Shown: positions 1 to 9,254 of the stretch, one piece after another
Numbering within the stretch: position 1 is the stretch's first letter
Layout of the letters: every line of letters starts with the position of its first letter
NCBI GenBank assembly: GCA_965222375.1
Contig: CBDCTZ010000014.1
Location: 320,001-384,000 of the forward strand
Direction of reading: 5' to 3'
Length of the DNA: 64,000 bases
DNA from: Polyangiaceae bacterium
GTDB lineage: Bacteria; Myxococcota_A; Polyangia; Polyangiales; Polyangiaceae
Notes under the pieces: model-generated
Database searches by the model: none
What the model saw: only the letters and a program-made list of their open reading frames with translations
What the model was told of the DNA's origin: nothing
Translations under genes and position numbers: made by a program

Positions 1-202
1 AGAACTCCAGGATCTGCCCGTCCTTGTCGCGAACTCCAAAGGAGGCCACGCATTGCCCCCGGTTGACGGTGTAGCACCAGACGGGCACGCCCCACTTCCC
101 AGCGATGCCAGGCAGGAAGTTGGAATGAGGTACGTCCCAGTTGTAGTTCTCGAACACGAAGTGGCCGGTGGCCGTATCGAGGTGGCTGTGCGGAGCGCTC
201 AT
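1..202 (-). CDS. N-terminus (partial, runs off window) of a GH161-like beta-1,3-glucan phosphorylase (often annotated cellobiose phosphorylase)
   Basis: Manual translation from ATG at 202: MSAPHSHLDTATGHFVFENYNWDVPHSNFLPGIAGKWGVPVWCYTVNRGQCVASFGVRDKDGQILEF. The FLPGIAG..G.P.W...VNRGQ...SFG..DK motif is what I recall for GH161 N-termini. Not in the ORF track. Confidence 0.7.
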   Translation of the reverse strand, partial: MSAPHSHLDTATGHFVFENYNWDVPHSNFLPGIAGKWGVPVWCYTVNRGQCVASFGVRDKDGQILEF

Positions 203-740
203 CGTCAGCAGTTGTAACGCGCCCCGTACTGGCCCCGCCAGACCGCTTTGTCGAGCTATCAAATAGCGTCGAAATCCCGGCAGACGGCGTGACGGCGGTC
301 TGCTTGGCGTGGGCTTTAGCCGGCGACAGGCGAGCCCCGTTGAACGGTTCAGTGGACGGTGCGGACCGCAGCTCTCGACTCAGTTGGCAAGCGAATTTCC
401 CGAAGACGATGCGGCACGGGGGTTGCTCCAGGGCGAGGCGAGCTTCGGAGGAACCAACCATGCGACTCGGCCCACTCATCTTGTCCACCTTCATGACGAT
501 CACTGGGAATCATCTCGCATCCCGTTGGCGGCAACGATGATAGCGAGGTGACCTTCGCCCCGATCCTCTACCTTGCTGGCGGGGTGGAGTTCGGCGGGTG
601 AGTCGTGCTAGGTCTTCAGACTACTTGGCTTTGCGTTTCGGTCGCGCGGGTTTCGGTGTCGCCTCCTTGAGCCCCGGGCGTTTGGCTTTGGCCGCAAATC
701 GAGCGCCTTGTTCGGCCCCTTGCGCAACAGGTTGGGGCAG

Positions 741-1457
741 CTATAGCGCGGCGGCGTCGATATCACGGCCCTCACTGTGTTTCAGCAATTGCTCTGCAAA
801 GTGGGGGCCCAAGACTTCATGCTTGAAGTAGACGAACGCGTGCGAAAAGCCCGCCTTCCCCAGCCGCTCGTTCCACTGCTGCAGCGCAGCCACGTCGTAG
901 GCGTCTTGGCGCAGGCGCAAGTAGCCGAAGTCCGTTGTGCTGACGAGTTCAGGCAGAGCCGCATCTCCGTCGCCCCCAACGAGGGCAACCTTGGAATCGC
1001 TCAGCAGGGCATACACGTCGTCGTCGAACCACGAGCGATGCCTGAACTCCATGGCGACTCGAGGTGACGCCGGCAAAGAGGCGAGGAAAGCGCGAAGCAC
1101 TTCTAGGTTCTTCTGGAATTGGGGCGGCATCTGGAACAGTACGACGCCGAGATTGCGGTCCAGAGGCGCAAGGGCTTGAAGCAGGAATTGCACGTCGTCT
1201 TCGGTGCCCTTGAGTTTCGCGTAGTGCGTGATGCGACGAGATGCTTTCATCGCGAATCGAAAGCCGTCGGGTACTTGCGCTTTCCAGCTCTGGATCACGT
1301 TTTCTCGCGGCATGCGGTAGAACGTGTTGTTGATTTCGACGCTAGGTAGTCGCTCCGCGTAGTGTTGAAGGAGAGCGTCGGTTTTCGTTCCCTTGGGGTA
1401 GAACCTGCCCTTCCACTTGGGGTACGAAAAACCGCTGGTGCCGCAGTAGAGCTTCAC
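741..1457 (-). CDS. DUF72 (YecE/YunF) family protein
   Basis: GTSGFSY..W.G.FYP, VEINNTFY, LFQMPP, EFRHRSWF and YLRLR motifs. Confidence 0.92.
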   Translation of the reverse strand: MKLYCGTSGFSYPKWKGRFYPKGTKTDALLQHYAERLPSVEINNTFYRMPRENVIQSWKAQVPDGFRFAMKASRRITHYAKLKGTEDDVQFLLQALAPLDRNLGVVLFQMPPQFQKNLEVLRAFLASLPASPRVAMEFRHRSWFDDDVYALLSDSKVALVGGDGDAALPELVSTTDFGYLRLRQDAYDVAALQQWNERLGKAGFSHAFVYFKHEVLGPHFAEQLLKHSEGRDIDAAAL

Positions 1458-1460
1458 GGC

Positions 1461-2723
1461 TCAGTACCAAAATGCGCCGATAGTGCCACTGGCGAGCCAG
1501 GGCACGTCGTCACTGACTTTGGGCAGCACCATGACCGATAGTCGGACGTTCGGGTTGGCCTTCTCGCCGGTCTCGAGTTTGGTCAGATCTAGGCTCAGCT
1601 CGAAGCCGCCGTAGTTGAATTTCGTTTCGGTTTGGTCTTGATCCTGCCCGATTTCGAGAGCGGCGATCACCGTCGGTGAATAGGCGAGCCCCAGCCCAAC
1701 ACCGCGCCAAACCGTTGGGCTTTTGTGCTCTCCAAACATGAAGTGCACGCCCAGCTGCATCGGAATGAAAGCGTATAGATAGCCCTGGTTGTCGTATTCT
1801 TTGTCTTGGGAAACCACGGCACCGGCTTCCACGCGGTACTTGAATCCGTTGGGCGGTCGAACGTAGAGGGCGTTGAGTTCGGCCCCCACCCCTGCGCGGA
1901 ACGCTGCAAAGTTTGCACTGCCAACGACGGGCTCCGGGATCGGCAAGTACATGAACGCCACGTGAGCGCCCAAGCCGCCGCCGATGCCGAAGGTATTACC
2001 TTTGCCGATCTCGACCTGGCTGTTAACGGGATTGGTGTCTGTGAAGGGCGTGTCTGGGATGTACAATCCGGTCAGCAGCGCCCGCACGCCATAGCTCAGT
2101 CGGGCGCCTCCGCGTTCGACCCAGGCTTCTGGGCTGCCCGGCGGCGGACCTTCCTTCTTGTCGCTCATGACGCTTGGGGTCATGAAGCCCGCGGACAAGG
2201 AGCCGCCTGCGCTGGCAGTTCCGCGTCCGTCTCCCGCGGTCGCAGGCGCCGCTGCCGGCGTGCCGCCGGATTGTGCGACTTTGCCCAGCAAGTCAGCAGC
2301 GGCACTCACCGCCGCCGCGTCACTGGCGACGTCCCGCGTCTGCGCGCCCTTTGCCGTCACCACGGTGACGTGCATGCCTTTGTCGTCCCGGAAGATGCGT
2401 ACGAGAGCGCGGGCCCCCAATGCGGAGCGCAGAGGTTCGAGCTTGTCCGCGGTCGTGGAGACGGATCCAGCTTCCAGGGCGCCCGCGGTTTGCGCCCTGC
2501 CCATCACGTCGGCTTTGCCTTCGGCGGCCCAGCCGTTCGCACGAGCGGCCTCGTAGACCTTGGCGCGTAGCTGCGCATTCTGGGTCTCGTCTCCAGTGGA
2601 GTCCGCCACCACTACGACCCGTGCGGGCTGTGCTTTGGCGTCGGTTGCCTTGTCTTGTCCTTGCGCCCAGCTCGCTGCAGGGGTGAGCAGGAGGCAAAGC
2701 CCCAAAGAAAGAGCGGCTCTCAT
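1461..2723 (-). CDS. Exported hypothetical protein with a beta-rich C-terminal half (possible outer-membrane protein)
   Basis: Signal peptide ending ASWA, Ala/Pro linker, amphipathic beta-strands, aromatic C-terminus (AFWY). Confidence 0.65.
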   Translation of the reverse strand: MRAALSLGLCLLLTPAASWAQGQDKATDAKAQPARVVVVADSTGDETQNAQLRAKVYEAARANGWAAEGKADVMGRAQTAGALEAGSVSTTADKLEPLRSALGARALVRIFRDDKGMHVTVVTAKGAQTRDVASDAAAVSAAADLLGKVAQSGGTPAAAPATAGDGRGTASAGGSLSAGFMTPSVMSDKKEGPPPGSPEAWVERGGARLSYGVRALLTGLYIPDTPFTDTNPVNSQVEIGKGNTFGIGGGLGAHVAFMYLPIPEPVVGSANFAAFRAGVGAELNALYVRPPNGFKYRVEAGAVVSQDKEYDNQGYLYAFIPMQLGVHFMFGEHKSPTVWRGVGLGLAYSPTVIAALEIGQDQDQTETKFNYGGFELSLDLTKLETGEKANPNVRLSVMVLPKVSDDVPWLASGTIGAFWY

Positions 2724-2805
2724 GGGTTGATTGTGCCAAAGGACAGCGAAGAAGTGAGCTTTTCGACAGGGGGGCAGCGCTGATACGCTTCGGCGTGCGC
2801 TTCAA

Positions 2806-4479
2806 GTGCGCGAAACCAGGTTAATGAAGCGTCGAGCACCACATAGCGGAGACACCGTCGAGCCCCCGGAAGTCTCCTCTGCGCCGCCGGGAATGCCTCG
2901 GCACTCGTCGCTATTGCCGCCGCCGCCCGCTACCGCCGAGTTGGAAGCCGCCCAGTTCGAGCAGTTGCAGCAGACGCTGGTGGGTCGTTGGCTTGCCCTG
3001 CACGAGATTGAATCCGAGCCGCGGGACGTCGTCGTCGTTCCGTCTCTTTCCCTGGATGGCTTTCAACTGGCGGCGATTCCAGGCATCACTCACTACGAGG
3101 AGCGGATGCTGTTCACGCTGGGCTTGCTGCGGCATCCCCGGGCGCGTCTGGTCTACGTCACATCCCAGCCCCTGCATCCGGCCATGCTCGAGTACTACCT
3201 CGCGTTGATTGGTGGGATCCCAACGGCACATACCCGCAGCCGGCTCACTCTCGTATCTTGCTACGACACGTCGCCTCGGCCTTTGACCGAAAAGGTGCTG
3301 GAGCGGCCTCGCTTGATGCGACGGATTCGCGATTCCATCGACCCCAGACGGGCGCACATGACCGTGTTCACGGTGAGCGAGCACGAGCGCAGTCTGGCGG
3401 TGCGCTTGGGCATCCCGCTCTACGGTGTCAACCCCAACTTGCTTCATCTCGGTACCAAGACTGGGTCACGGCAGGTCTTTCGAGGTGCGGGTATTCCCAT
3501 GCCGCCCGGGATTGAAGACCTCAAGGATGAGCGCGAAGTCGCTGAGGCCGTCGCCACGTTGTGGGAGGAAGACCCATCACTGAAGCGCTTCGTCGTCAAA
3601 CTCAATCAAGGTTTTTCCGGGGAAGGCAACGCGATCCTCCGCGTTGAGGGGGAGCTTGCCAAGGCCGCGCCGGGCAAAGCTAGCCACGCAGCGCGGGCCG
3701 ATGCAGTGGTTGCCGCGTTGCCAGACCTTCGCTTCATGGGACCTAGCGAAACTTGGGACCGCTTCGGTCAGGCCTTGGCTCAGATAGGCGGCGTCGTGGA
3801 GGCCTTCGTGGAGGGAGACATCAAACGCAGCCCGTCGGTGCAGTTGCGCATCAACCCGCGCGGCGAGCTGCAGGCCATGAGCACCCACGACCAGCTCCTG
3901 GGTGGCCCGGACGGGCAGATGTACTTGGGTTGCCGTTTTCCTGCCGACGATGCCTATCGCAAGGAAATCCAAGCAGATGCGCTGGCCGTCGGTGAGGTGT
4001 TGAGGGAGCGAGGCTGCGTGGGGCGGGTCGCGGTGGACTTCGTTACCGTGCAGAATCCCGATGGTTCTTGGAGCCGCTACGCGATCGAAATCAACCTGCG
4101 CATGACGGGCACCACCCATCCCATTATGACCCTGAAGCTCCTCAATGACGGCGAGTACGATGCGGAAAGCGGCCTGTACATCACCCGGCGCGGCGAGCCA
4201 CGCTACTACGTTTCGACCGACAACCTCATGAAGCCGAGGTATCGGGGGCTGCTCCCCGACGACGTGCTCGACATCGCTGCTGTGCACGATGTGCACTACC
4301 AGCCTTGGAAGGAGACCGGCGTCGTTTTCCACCTACTCGGCGCGGTGAGTCAGTTCGGCAAACTGGGGCTCACCGCCATTGGGTCGACTCCCGCGGAAGC
4401 CGAAGCCTTCTTCGCGGCGGCTGAGTGCGCGCTGGATAGCGCGACCCGGGACAATCCCCGCGGCGAAGTCACGCTCTGA
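2806..4479 (+). CDS. Peptide ligase PGM1-related ATP-grasp protein
   Basis: VVVPSLSLD, HYEER, VVKLNQGFSGEGN, SPSVQ, STHDQ, IEINLR and GTTHP motifs. Start may be the ATG at 2824. Confidence 0.85.
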   Translation: MRETRLMKRRAPHSGDTVEPPEVSSAPPGMPRHSSLLPPPPATAELEAAQFEQLQQTLVGRWLALHEIESEPRDVVVVPSLSLDGFQLAAIPGITHYEERMLFTLGLLRHPRARLVYVTSQPLHPAMLEYYLALIGGIPTAHTRSRLTLVSCYDTSPRPLTEKVLERPRLMRRIRDSIDPRRAHMTVFTVSEHERSLAVRLGIPLYGVNPNLLHLGTKTGSRQVFRGAGIPMPPGIEDLKDEREVAEAVATLWEEDPSLKRFVVKLNQGFSGEGNAILRVEGELAKAAPGKASHAARADAVVAALPDLRFMGPSETWDRFGQALAQIGGVVEAFVEGDIKRSPSVQLRINPRGELQAMSTHDQLLGGPDGQMYLGCRFPADDAYRKEIQADALAVGEVLRERGCVGRVAVDFVTVQNPDGSWSRYAIEINLRMTGTTHPIMTLKLLNDGEYDAESGLYITRRGEPRYYVSTDNLMKPRYRGLLPDDVLDIAAVHDVHYQPWKETGVVFHLLGAVSQFGKLGLTAIGSTPAEAEAFFAAAECALDSATRDNPRGEVTL

Positions 4480-4495
4480 GCGTCGGGGGGCGAAC

Positions 4496-4996
4496 CTACG
4501 CAGACGCGCGTTGGTGCTCTGCGAAATCGCTGGACGCACCCTGCACGGGGGCGTTCTTGCCGATGCGGACGCTGACGCCCACACCGCTGCCAAACGCGTC
4601 GCCGTCGAGGGCGGCCGCCAAGCCGCTGATGTCGTGACATGCGCGAGGGCTGGCGCCGTCGTCGACGGTTAGCACCAGGTCCCCGTGGCGCTGCCTACGC
4701 AGGCGAGCCAGCAAGCCTCGAGCGAGAACGCTGCGGGCCGCAAAGGCGTCGGAGTCAGTGCGCTTGTTGGCCATGACCACCGTCGTGCCCAAGCTCCAAC
4801 CCTGGAGCTCCAACCGCGCGATGCGATTGGCAACCTGCGCGATGAGGGATGTAGGCTCGCCTTCGTAATGCTGTGCAACGACAGCTAGGTAACCCACGTT
4901 GCCCGGCTCGAGCCACTTCGGCCAACTCGCCCCGTACTCGATGACCACCAGGGTCGCGGTCTGATTGCTCATGATCGGCCTGCCTCCAGCATTCAT
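4496..4996 (-). CDS. Hypothetical protein
   Basis: 166-aa ORF with globular alpha/beta composition filling the gap between convergent genes. Confidence 0.6.
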   Translation of the reverse strand: MNAGGRPIMSNQTATLVVIEYGASWPKWLEPGNVGYLAVVAQHYEGEPTSLIAQVANRIARLELQGWSLGTTVVMANKRTDSDAFAARSVLARGLLARLRRQRHGDLVLTVDDGASPRACHDISGLAAALDGDAFGSGVGVSVRIGKNAPVQGASSDFAEHQRASA

Positions 4997-5068
4997 TTCG
5001 GATAGGCGGCCTGGGCTCGGCGGGCCAAGAAAGTGCCCCGGCTCCCTTCGGCCGTGCCTGGAGGGCGC

Positions 5069-6577
5069 CTAGCGTAACCAGCTGAAAAACTTCACGAAAA
5101 AGGCGCGGAGCCCCGGCTTGAGGCGGGTGCGATTGTAGGCGTCGCCCAGGCGCTTCAGAACCTCTGCCTGGGTCGGGTAGGGGATGATGCTGCGGCTCAA
5201 GTGGGAGAGCTTCAGTCCGGAAGTGATGGCGAGGCTGGCCGTGCCAATGAGGTTGCCGGCGCCTTGGCCCACGATGGTGATGGCGCAGATCCGGCCCCCG
5301 CGATCATGATGAACCCGAGCGAAGCCATGGACCTCTTGCTCCAAGATGGCGCGGTCGATGTCATCGAAGGGCACGGTGAGCTGAAGCAGGTCCGGCCGGG
5401 CGCTGAGCTCATCGACCCCGAGCCCCACATGGGCTAGCTCCGGGTCAGTGTAGGTGGCCCAGGGGATGGTCAGTGCGCTCGCGCGTTTCCGCCCCCAGAA
5501 CAAAGCGTTCTGCAGAACGATCCGCGCCATGGCGTCGGCGGCATGAGTGAATTGCATGCTCGAGCCGACGTCCCCTGCCGCATAGATGGTCGGGTTGGTC
5601 GTACGGAGTCGGTCATCGACGCGCAGGCGGCCTTTGGCGTCGAGGTCGACGCCGACGGTATCCAAGCCAAGGTTCTCGACGTTGGCTCGTCGGCCCGCCG
5701 CCACCAGCACTTCGTCCACCTCCGTCGTGCCGGCAACATCGGTTTCGTATTCGAGCATTCTTCCGCTTTCGGTTCTCCGCGCGGCCAACACTCTCGCCTG
5801 AGTGAGCACCAGAACACCGTCGCGCTCGAGGCTGGCTCGCACGACCTCCGCGGCGTCGGCATCATCTCGGGGAAGGATGCGGTTGCCCATCTCGAACAAC
5901 GTCACCTCGCTGCCTAGGCGGGCGAAGCTCTGAGCCAGCTCGCAGCCGATGGGGCCACCACCGACAACGGCAAGGCGACGCGGCAATTCGGTCAGAGAAA
6001 ACACACTCTCGTTGGTCAAATAGCCGCACGCATCAAGGCCCTTGATCGGGGGAACCCATGCCCGCCCTCCCGTTGCCAGCACCGCACGTTTGAAGCGAAG
6101 CTGGTGATTGTCGACCTGCACCGTATCGCTGCCGGAGAACTTCGCTTGCCCGAAGAACACGTCCACTCCGGCGTCTCGCAAGCGGGTTGCCGAATCGTGG
6201 GGCGCGATGCCGGCGCGGGAGCGCCGCAGCTGGGTCATCACCTCCGCGAAGTCGACCCGGATCTGCCCGGTCTGGACTCCGAAACGCGAAGCCTGTCGTG
6301 CCGCGTGTGCTGAATGGGCCGCCGCAATCAGCGCTTTGGAGGGAACACAGCCCGTCACCAAGCAGTCCCCACCCAACAGTGCGCGTTCGATGAGGGCCAC
6401 CCTCGCGCCGAGCCCGGCGGCACCCATGGCAGACACCAGGCCTGCGGTACCACCGCCAATGACGACTAGGTTGTATCGCAGTGCTGGGGCGGGAGGCGTC
6501 CAGTCCTCCGGATGTACTTCCGCGACGAGGCGCTGGTTGGCGTCATCCCAGGGTTCGATCTTCCCGTTGAACTGCAC
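5069..6577 (-). CDS. Pyridine nucleotide-disulfide oxidoreductase, class I (mercuric reductase/dihydrolipoamide dehydrogenase-like)
   Basis: GGGTAG FAD site, GGDCLVTGCVPSK redox disulfide, GGGPIG NAD(P)H site, IYAAGD. No C-terminal Cys-Cys pair. Confidence 0.9.
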   Translation of the reverse strand: MQFNGKIEPWDDANQRLVAEVHPEDWTPPAPALRYNLVVIGGGTAGLVSAMGAAGLGARVALIERALLGGDCLVTGCVPSKALIAAAHSAHAARQASRFGVQTGQIRVDFAEVMTQLRRSRAGIAPHDSATRLRDAGVDVFFGQAKFSGSDTVQVDNHQLRFKRAVLATGGRAWVPPIKGLDACGYLTNESVFSLTELPRRLAVVGGGPIGCELAQSFARLGSEVTLFEMGNRILPRDDADAAEVVRASLERDGVLVLTQARVLAARRTESGRMLEYETDVAGTTEVDEVLVAAGRRANVENLGLDTVGVDLDAKGRLRVDDRLRTTNPTIYAAGDVGSSMQFTHAADAMARIVLQNALFWGRKRASALTIPWATYTDPELAHVGLGVDELSARPDLLQLTVPFDDIDRAILEQEVHGFARVHHDRGGRICAITIVGQGAGNLIGTASLAITSGLKLSHLSRSIIPYPTQAEVLKRLGDAYNRTRLKPGLRAFFVKFFSWLR

Positions 6578-6631
6578 GCAGCATTGTCACGGCTTTCCCG
6601 ACGTCGGGCAAGAGACCAGAGGTCACGGCTG

Positions 6632-7600
6632 TCAAAGAGTTTGGGGATGCACGGGCGCGCCGGTGATTGGCGTGGTCCGATCGAAATCCTCAGACTTGCA
6701 CAACTCGACGCGGTTGCGGCCCCGGTGTTTGGCTCGATACAGAGCGCGATCTGCCGAAGCCAAGAGTTGCACTGCATCCGCCGAACGTACCTGGGATGTG
6801 GAGGACACGCCGAAGCTAGCGGTCACCTCCAATCGCGAGTGGGGAAGCTCGATCTGAAGGGCCGCGAGCGCTTCGCGAGCGCGCTCGGCGACCCGACGCG
6901 CGCCGCGCCACTCGCACTCCGGCAACACGATGAGAAACTCTTCTCCCCCGTAGCGCGCGACGAAATCGTAGCTGCGAACGCCCGCTTTCAGGCTCTTCGC
7001 AACCTCTCGGAGTACGATGTCACCGCAGGCATGCCCGTAGGTGTCGTTGATGCGCTTGAAGTGGTCGATATCCAACAGAACCACGCCGACGGGGTGCCCG
7101 GTGCGACTCCCGCGGGCGACCTCCTGGTCCAGAGAACGGCAGACCGCCGCGCGATTCACAAGCCCCGTCAAAGCGTCGTGCATCGCCTCGATTCGGAGCG
7201 CGTCTCGTGCGCGCAGAAGTTCGTCCTGCATGCTGAGCATCCGACACGCAGCGCGCAGGCGCAGTTCCAACACCACCGCGTTGATTGGCTTGACTACGTA
7301 GTCGTCGGCGCCGGCGTCGAGGCCGTGAACGACGTCCTCGTTCTCGTCACGTGAGGTGACCAGCACGACGTAGGGGTACTGCTCGCGCTCCTGCGCGCGG
7401 ATGAAGCGGCAAACATCCACTCCCGAGGCCCCAGGCATCTCCCAGTCCAGAAGTGCGATTCGAATCCGTTCATCCGCCGCGAGGGCCTCCATGGCGGCGT
7501 CCCCATCCTCTACCACCACGACTTCGTAGCCCGTTGCGCAGAGGCGGCCAGAAAGGAGAGTTCTGGCGATAGGGTCGTCGTCCGCAATCAGCACCTTCAC
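6632..7600 (-). CDS. Response regulator-diguanylate cyclase (REC-GGDEF)
   Basis: Real start is GTG 7600 (VKVLIADDD), overlapping the Hpt stop (GTGA). LLDWEMP, GADDYVVKP, RSYD I-site, GGEEF. Confidence 0.92.
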   Translation of the reverse strand: MKVLIADDDPIARTLLSGRLCATGYEVVVVEDGDAAMEALAADERIRIALLDWEMPGASGVDVCRFIRAQEREQYPYVVLVTSRDENEDVVHGLDAGADDYVVKPINAVVLELRLRAACRMLSMQDELLRARDALRIEAMHDALTGLVNRAAVCRSLDQEVARGSRTGHPVGVVLLDIDHFKRINDTYGHACGDIVLREVAKSLKAGVRSYDFVARYGGEEFLIVLPECEWRGARRVAERAREALAALQIELPHSRLEVTASFGVSSTSQVRSADAVQLLASADRALYRAKHRGRNRVELCKSEDFDRTTPITGAPVHPQTL

Positions 7601-7968
7601 GAGGCACCGTCCAACTCGGCCAAGATATCCTGATCCAGGCGCTGTAGCTGCAGCTCGAGCTCGTCCAACTCGGGGTCGCCGGGACGCAGAGCACCCTTGC
7701 GCGCAGCGTGCTCCACTCGGGCGCTGGCCGTGGCAGCGTCTGCCGCGGAGAGCTGACGGGCTGAACCCTTCAAGGTGTGTGCGTGTCGGATCGAAATGGC
7801 CTGATCGCCGGCAATGAGGGCCTCGTGGATCCCGGCCAATCGCCGAGGCCACTCGTTGAGAAAGGTCCGCAGGATCAGCCTCATCAGCTGCTGGTCCCCC
7901 GCGAGTTGTTTCAGCAAGTCCCCTGCGTCGAAGGCAGCGCTCTGTATTTCTCGGGCGGTACACACCAT
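7597..7968 (-). CDS. Stand-alone Hpt (histidine phosphotransfer) domain protein
   Basis: AHTLKGSA motif in an all-helical 123-aa protein. Confidence 0.85.
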   Translation of the reverse strand: MVCTAREIQSAAFDAGDLLKQLAGDQQLMRLILRTFLNEWPRRLAGIHEALIAGDQAISIRHAHTLKGSARQLSAADAATASARVEHAARKGALRPGDPELDELELQLQRLDQDILAELDGAS

Positions 7969-8051
7969 CGCGATCGAGAAGAACGGATGGGCGCGCGCAA
8001 ACCTGAGGCGCGACTGACGCGCCCAGCAACAAATCCTGCGATATCAGGCGC

Positions 8052-8342
8052 TTACGAGTCTGCGATGTCGAGCCACACCAGGGTCGCGCCGAACCCGCCT
8101 CGGTTTTCCGGAGCGTTTTTGTATTCCAAGACGCAGTCCAGGCGATCCAAGACCTCGCGAACCCGCGCGCGTTGGAATCCTTTTCCCTTGCCATGGATCA
8201 GGCGAACCTCCGAAAAGCCGCGCTCTTGGGCGGCTTCGAGGTAGCTCACCACCACGTTGGGAATGTCTCGGGGAGCAAAGCCGTGTAGGTCGATGCTGTC
8301 CTCGATCTCGACGATGACAGGCGGCTCCTCCTCCTCAGCCAC
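8052..8342 (-). CDS. Stand-alone Smr/MutS2 C-terminal domain protein
   Basis: IDLHG, LIHGKGKG and GGFGATLV motifs. Confidence 0.92.
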   Translation of the reverse strand: MAEEEEPPVIVEIEDSIDLHGFAPRDIPNVVVSYLEAAQERGFSEVRLIHGKGKGFQRARVREVLDRLDCVLEYKNAPENRGGFGATLVWLDIADS

Positions 8343-8344
8343 GC

Positions 8345-9232
8345 TCAGCCCCGCGAAGCGGCCTTCTTCTTCTTGGTTCGCTTTGCGGCGTCCGCGGACT
8401 TGGCCTTCGCCTTCTTCACGGGCTTCAGGGGTGTTCCGTCGCCATGCGCCGTGCGCTCTTGGGCGTCGCTAAGGCTCTTCTTCAGTGCTTCGAACAGGTC
8501 GATGATCTTGGCCTTGGGTGCCTCGGGCGCCACGGTGATTTCTTGTCCCGCGACTTTCTCCTCCACGGCGGCATGCACTCGTTCTTCGTAGCTGTCGCGG
8601 TAGCGTGTAGCGTCAAACTCGTCGCTACTGAGTTGCTCGATGAGCTTCAGTGCCAGATCCCGCTCCACGTCCGAGAACTCGAAGACGGCGCCAGTGTCGA
8701 TCTCCTCGAAGCTGCGAACTTCGTTGCTGTAGTAGAGCTGATGTAGCATCAAGCCGTCGTCTCCATGAGGGCGAATCAAGACGAGCTGTTCCTTGCCACG
8801 GGCCGCCCAGCGCCCGACCGCGACGACGCCTTGGGCCACCATGCATTGACTGAGCAAGCGGTAGGGCTTGTCGCCGCCCTTGTCCGGGCCCAGGTAGTAC
8901 GACTTTTCAACCTGGACGAAGTCCACACTCGACAGGGGCACGAATTCGGTGATTTCCAGGTTGTTGGAGCGCGCAGCCTCCAACGCCTTCATTTCCGAAT
9001 CCGCGAAGCGGACGTATTGTCCCTTTGAGTACTCGTAGCCCTTGACGGTGTCCTTGCGTTCGACGACCTCGTCGTCGACCGGGCAGTAGTACTGCATCTT
9101 GAGCCGCCCACCGCACTTCCCGTGCAGCATGTTGAAACGGACCTGCTCGCTGGAAGCAGCCGTGTAGAGCTTGATGGGAATGGCCACCAAGCCGAAGGAA
9201 ATCGTGCCGGAAGCAATGGCGCGGGCGCCCAT
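8345..9232 (-). CDS. ku: Non-homologous end-joining protein Ku
   Basis: GTISFGLVAIPIKLY, KGYEY, YYLGPD, IIDLFEALKKSL and a basic tail. Confidence 0.96.
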   Translation of the reverse strand: MGARAIASGTISFGLVAIPIKLYTAASSEQVRFNMLHGKCGGRLKMQYYCPVDDEVVERKDTVKGYEYSKGQYVRFADSEMKALEAARSNNLEITEFVPLSSVDFVQVEKSYYLGPDKGGDKPYRLLSQCMVAQGVVAVGRWAARGKEQLVLIRPHGDDGLMLHQLYYSNEVRSFEEIDTGAVFEFSDVERDLALKLIEQLSSDEFDATRYRDSYEERVHAAVEEKVAGQEITVAPEAPKAKIIDLFEALKKSLSDAQERTAHGDGTPLKPVKKAKAKSADAAKRTKKKKAASRG

Positions 9233-9254
9233 GATCGTATGCTAACGGGGCAAC

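Noticed and set aside
5069..6577. Mercury resistance (merA) together with the MerC-like gene
   Set aside because: No C-terminal Cys-Cys or NmerA domain, no merR/T/P, and the two genes are 44 kb apart.
6632..8194. 520-aa version of the diguanylate cyclase in the ORF track
   Set aside because: The N-terminal ~200 aa overlap the Hpt and Smr genes in another frame; the REC domain begins at GTG 7600.
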